Shown in pieces: positions 61,916-64,000 of a stretch of 64,000 nt of DNA. This DNA is from Octopus sinensis. Its lineage: Eukaryota. The notes beneath the pieces are model-generated. The model saw only the letters and a program-made list of their open reading frames with translations, was not told the origin of the DNA and made no database searches. Both the position numbers and the translations under genes were made by a program. The stretch covers positions 124,001 through 188,000 of the forward strand of contig NW_021833228.1 of the NCBI RefSeq assembly GCF_006345805.1, read 5' to 3'. How positions within the stretch are numbered: position 1 is the stretch's first letter; the number at the start of each line of letters is the position of its first letter.

Positions 61916-62979
61916 ACCTTCGTTACTATATTTCTGACCAAAATACACCCTATGTTTTCATTAAATTCTAAAATAATCAGAATCCAGCTTGTTTTCACTA
62001 AATAACTAACTTTTTTACTTATCAACATATAAATGTGATATTTGGAACATATTAAAGAAAGGTTTCTTAATCATTCTATTTCATAACTTTTTTCTCAAAG
62101 TGACTTTAATTAACATGTAATCCAGGTAAATTGAGCAAAAGGTAAAAATATTAAAATTTTGTTTTAAACATCACCATAGAAATAATCATCAGCTAATATC
62201 AAATGGGTATGCAACAAAATTTTGTAAAGAAGAATTGTGCACATCACTATTCATCAGTTGAATTTAATGCACAACAGGTGTACCATAAAGTGGAAATAAG
62301 TGAAATACTGGAATCCACCGTAAGTTTGACCGAACTAAAGAAATCAGTCAAAAAATAATAGTACGCCCTAGTTATGGTATGGAAGTGGATAAATTCCAGA
62401 CCACATCGTTCCCTAGGCCATGCTGACTAACATTATTTTCCTTGTATAAAAACTAAATCCACGCAGTACCCAGTATTGCTTCACAAATTTTCCGAATTTG
62501 AACCCCCCCTTTTGAGTTTGTTTACATTCTGCGTAAGTTTGTTTCCGCATTGATCGCTTCAAACAATAACTTCCAGAAACCAACATCATACGCTAAGCCA
62601 TGCTGACTAACATTAGTTTCCCTGTATACAACTAAAATCCACAACAAGTACCAGTATTTTGTTTCCAAAATTTTTTCAATCGGAAATCATGCTTGATAAC
62701 ATGAAACTCCTATCTATTTTCAAAGTTGAAGAAAAATCGATGTCCATAAAAATGTGGAAAATGATCTCCCAAAATTCAGGGGATTGAAATTACACCGTTG
62801 AATCTTTGTACAAACTGTAGATGAACTGTTTACGAAGTATACATCATACGTTTTCACGAATGTACAATGAGATTGCTCTGATATTCTCATTAAATAGAAT
62901 AGGTAAATTGGGCGGTTTGGTCACATTAAGCCAAATATTTTTTTCGGACGGCTATTGGGCGGTTTGGTTAACGAAAGGG
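61916..62979. mobile_element. piggyBac-type MITE (~1064 bp) inserted at the TTAA of a satellite monomer
   Basis: Left end TTAA-(A)CCTTCGTTAC, reading TTAA-CCCTTTC in the second copy. Right end TAACGAAAGGG-TT(TT)AA, the reverse complement of TTAACCCTTTCGTTA. Satellite reads ACTTTTAA before and AACTTCGTAT after. No ORF. Internal ~85-bp direct repeats at 62394 and 62571. Confidence 0.75.
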
Positions 62980-63873
62980 TTTTAAAACTTCGTATACTGG
63001 TAGAATGTGTCAAGAGAAAACATTATTTGGATCTTTTCCTTTTGATAGACAGATTTCAACACAATTTCTAGTTAACTAAACACTTTTGAACTTCGTATAC
63101 TGGTTGAATGTGTCAAAAGACAACATTACTTCAATCTTTGCCTTTTGATAGACAGATTTCAACACAATTTCTAGTTAACTAAATACTTTTAAACTTCGTA
63201 TACTGGTAGGATGTGTCGAAAGAAAACATTATTTGGATCTTTTCCTTTTGATAGCCAGATTTTACTTCGTATACTGGTAAAATGTGTCAAAAGAAAACAT
63301 CATTTGGATCTTTTCCTTTTGATAGACAGATTTCAACACAATTTCTAGTTAACTAAACACTTTTGAACTTCGTATACTGGTAGAATGTGTCAAAAGAAAA
63401 CATTTGGATATTTTTCTTTTTGATAGACAGATTTCAACCCAATTTCTAGTTAACTAAACACTTTTAAACTTCGTATACTGGTAGAGTGTGTCAAAAGACA
63501 ACATTATTTGGATCTTTTCCTTTTGATAGACAGATTTCAACACAATTTCTAGTTAACTAAACACTTTTAAACTTCGTATGCTGGTTGAATGTGTCAAAAG
63601 ACAACACTACTTGGATCTTTGCCTTTTGATAGACAGATTTCAACACAATTTCTAGTTAGCTAAACACTTTTAAACTTCGTATACTGGTAGAATGTGTCAA
63701 AAGAAAGCATTTGGATATTTTCCTTTTGATAGACATATTTCAACCCAATTTCCAGTTAACTAAACACTTTTAAACTTCGTATACTGGTAGAATGTGTCAA
63801 AAGAAAACATTTGGATCTTTTCCTTTTGATAGACAGATTTCAACACAATTTCTAGTTAACTAAACACTTTTAA
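62980..63873. repeat. 103-bp satellite, segment 6 (~9 monomers, one internally deleted)
   Basis: Variants match 61130-61915. Confidence 0.95.
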
Positions 63874-64000
63874 CCCTTTCTTTACTATATTTCTGACCAA
63901 AATACACCCCTCATGATTTTCAATTAAATTCTAAAATAATCATGAATCTAGGCTTGTTTCACTAAATAACTAACTTTTTTACTTATCAACATATAAATGT
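63874..64000. mobile_element. Start of a second copy of the piggyBac-type MITE (cut by the window edge)
   Basis: TTAA then CCCTTTCTTTACTATATTTCTGACCAAAATACACCC..., matching 61916 onward. Confidence 0.8.

Overview
Eukaryotic, repeat-only window with no host gene I can support. The repeat families resemble those I know from Octopus genomes (inference from the SINE at 3275-3612 and the TTAACCCTTT MITE). Positions 1-6600 hold a patchwork of RTE-LINE fragments, tRNA-SINE remnants, a non-autonomous Helitron and (TA)n tracts, rearranged by two overlapping inverted duplications. From ~6666 onward lies an AT-rich 103-bp satellite array (~42 kb of satellite, ~400 monomers, six segments). It is interrupted by three insertions, each present as a tandem pair with a block of monomers: a 1260-bp 5'-truncated RTE (minus; 7990-9249, 9971-11230), a 5810-bp apparently full-length RTE (plus; 18861-24670, 26727-32536) and a ~1.06-kb piggyBac-type MITE (61916-62979, 63874-end). 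The long RTE encodes APE endonuclease plus reverse transcriptase, with a C4HC3 PHD-type finger inserted inside the RT domain. Its two copies carry largely complementary 1-bp frameshifts that together rebuild one 1036-aa ORF. It also has an A-B-A 5' leader and a 1.8-kb modular, hairpin-rich 3' UTR. Many homopolymer indels suggest long-read consensus error, so the frameshifts and possibly the duplications need read-level checking. All alignments were done by eye; no database search was run.
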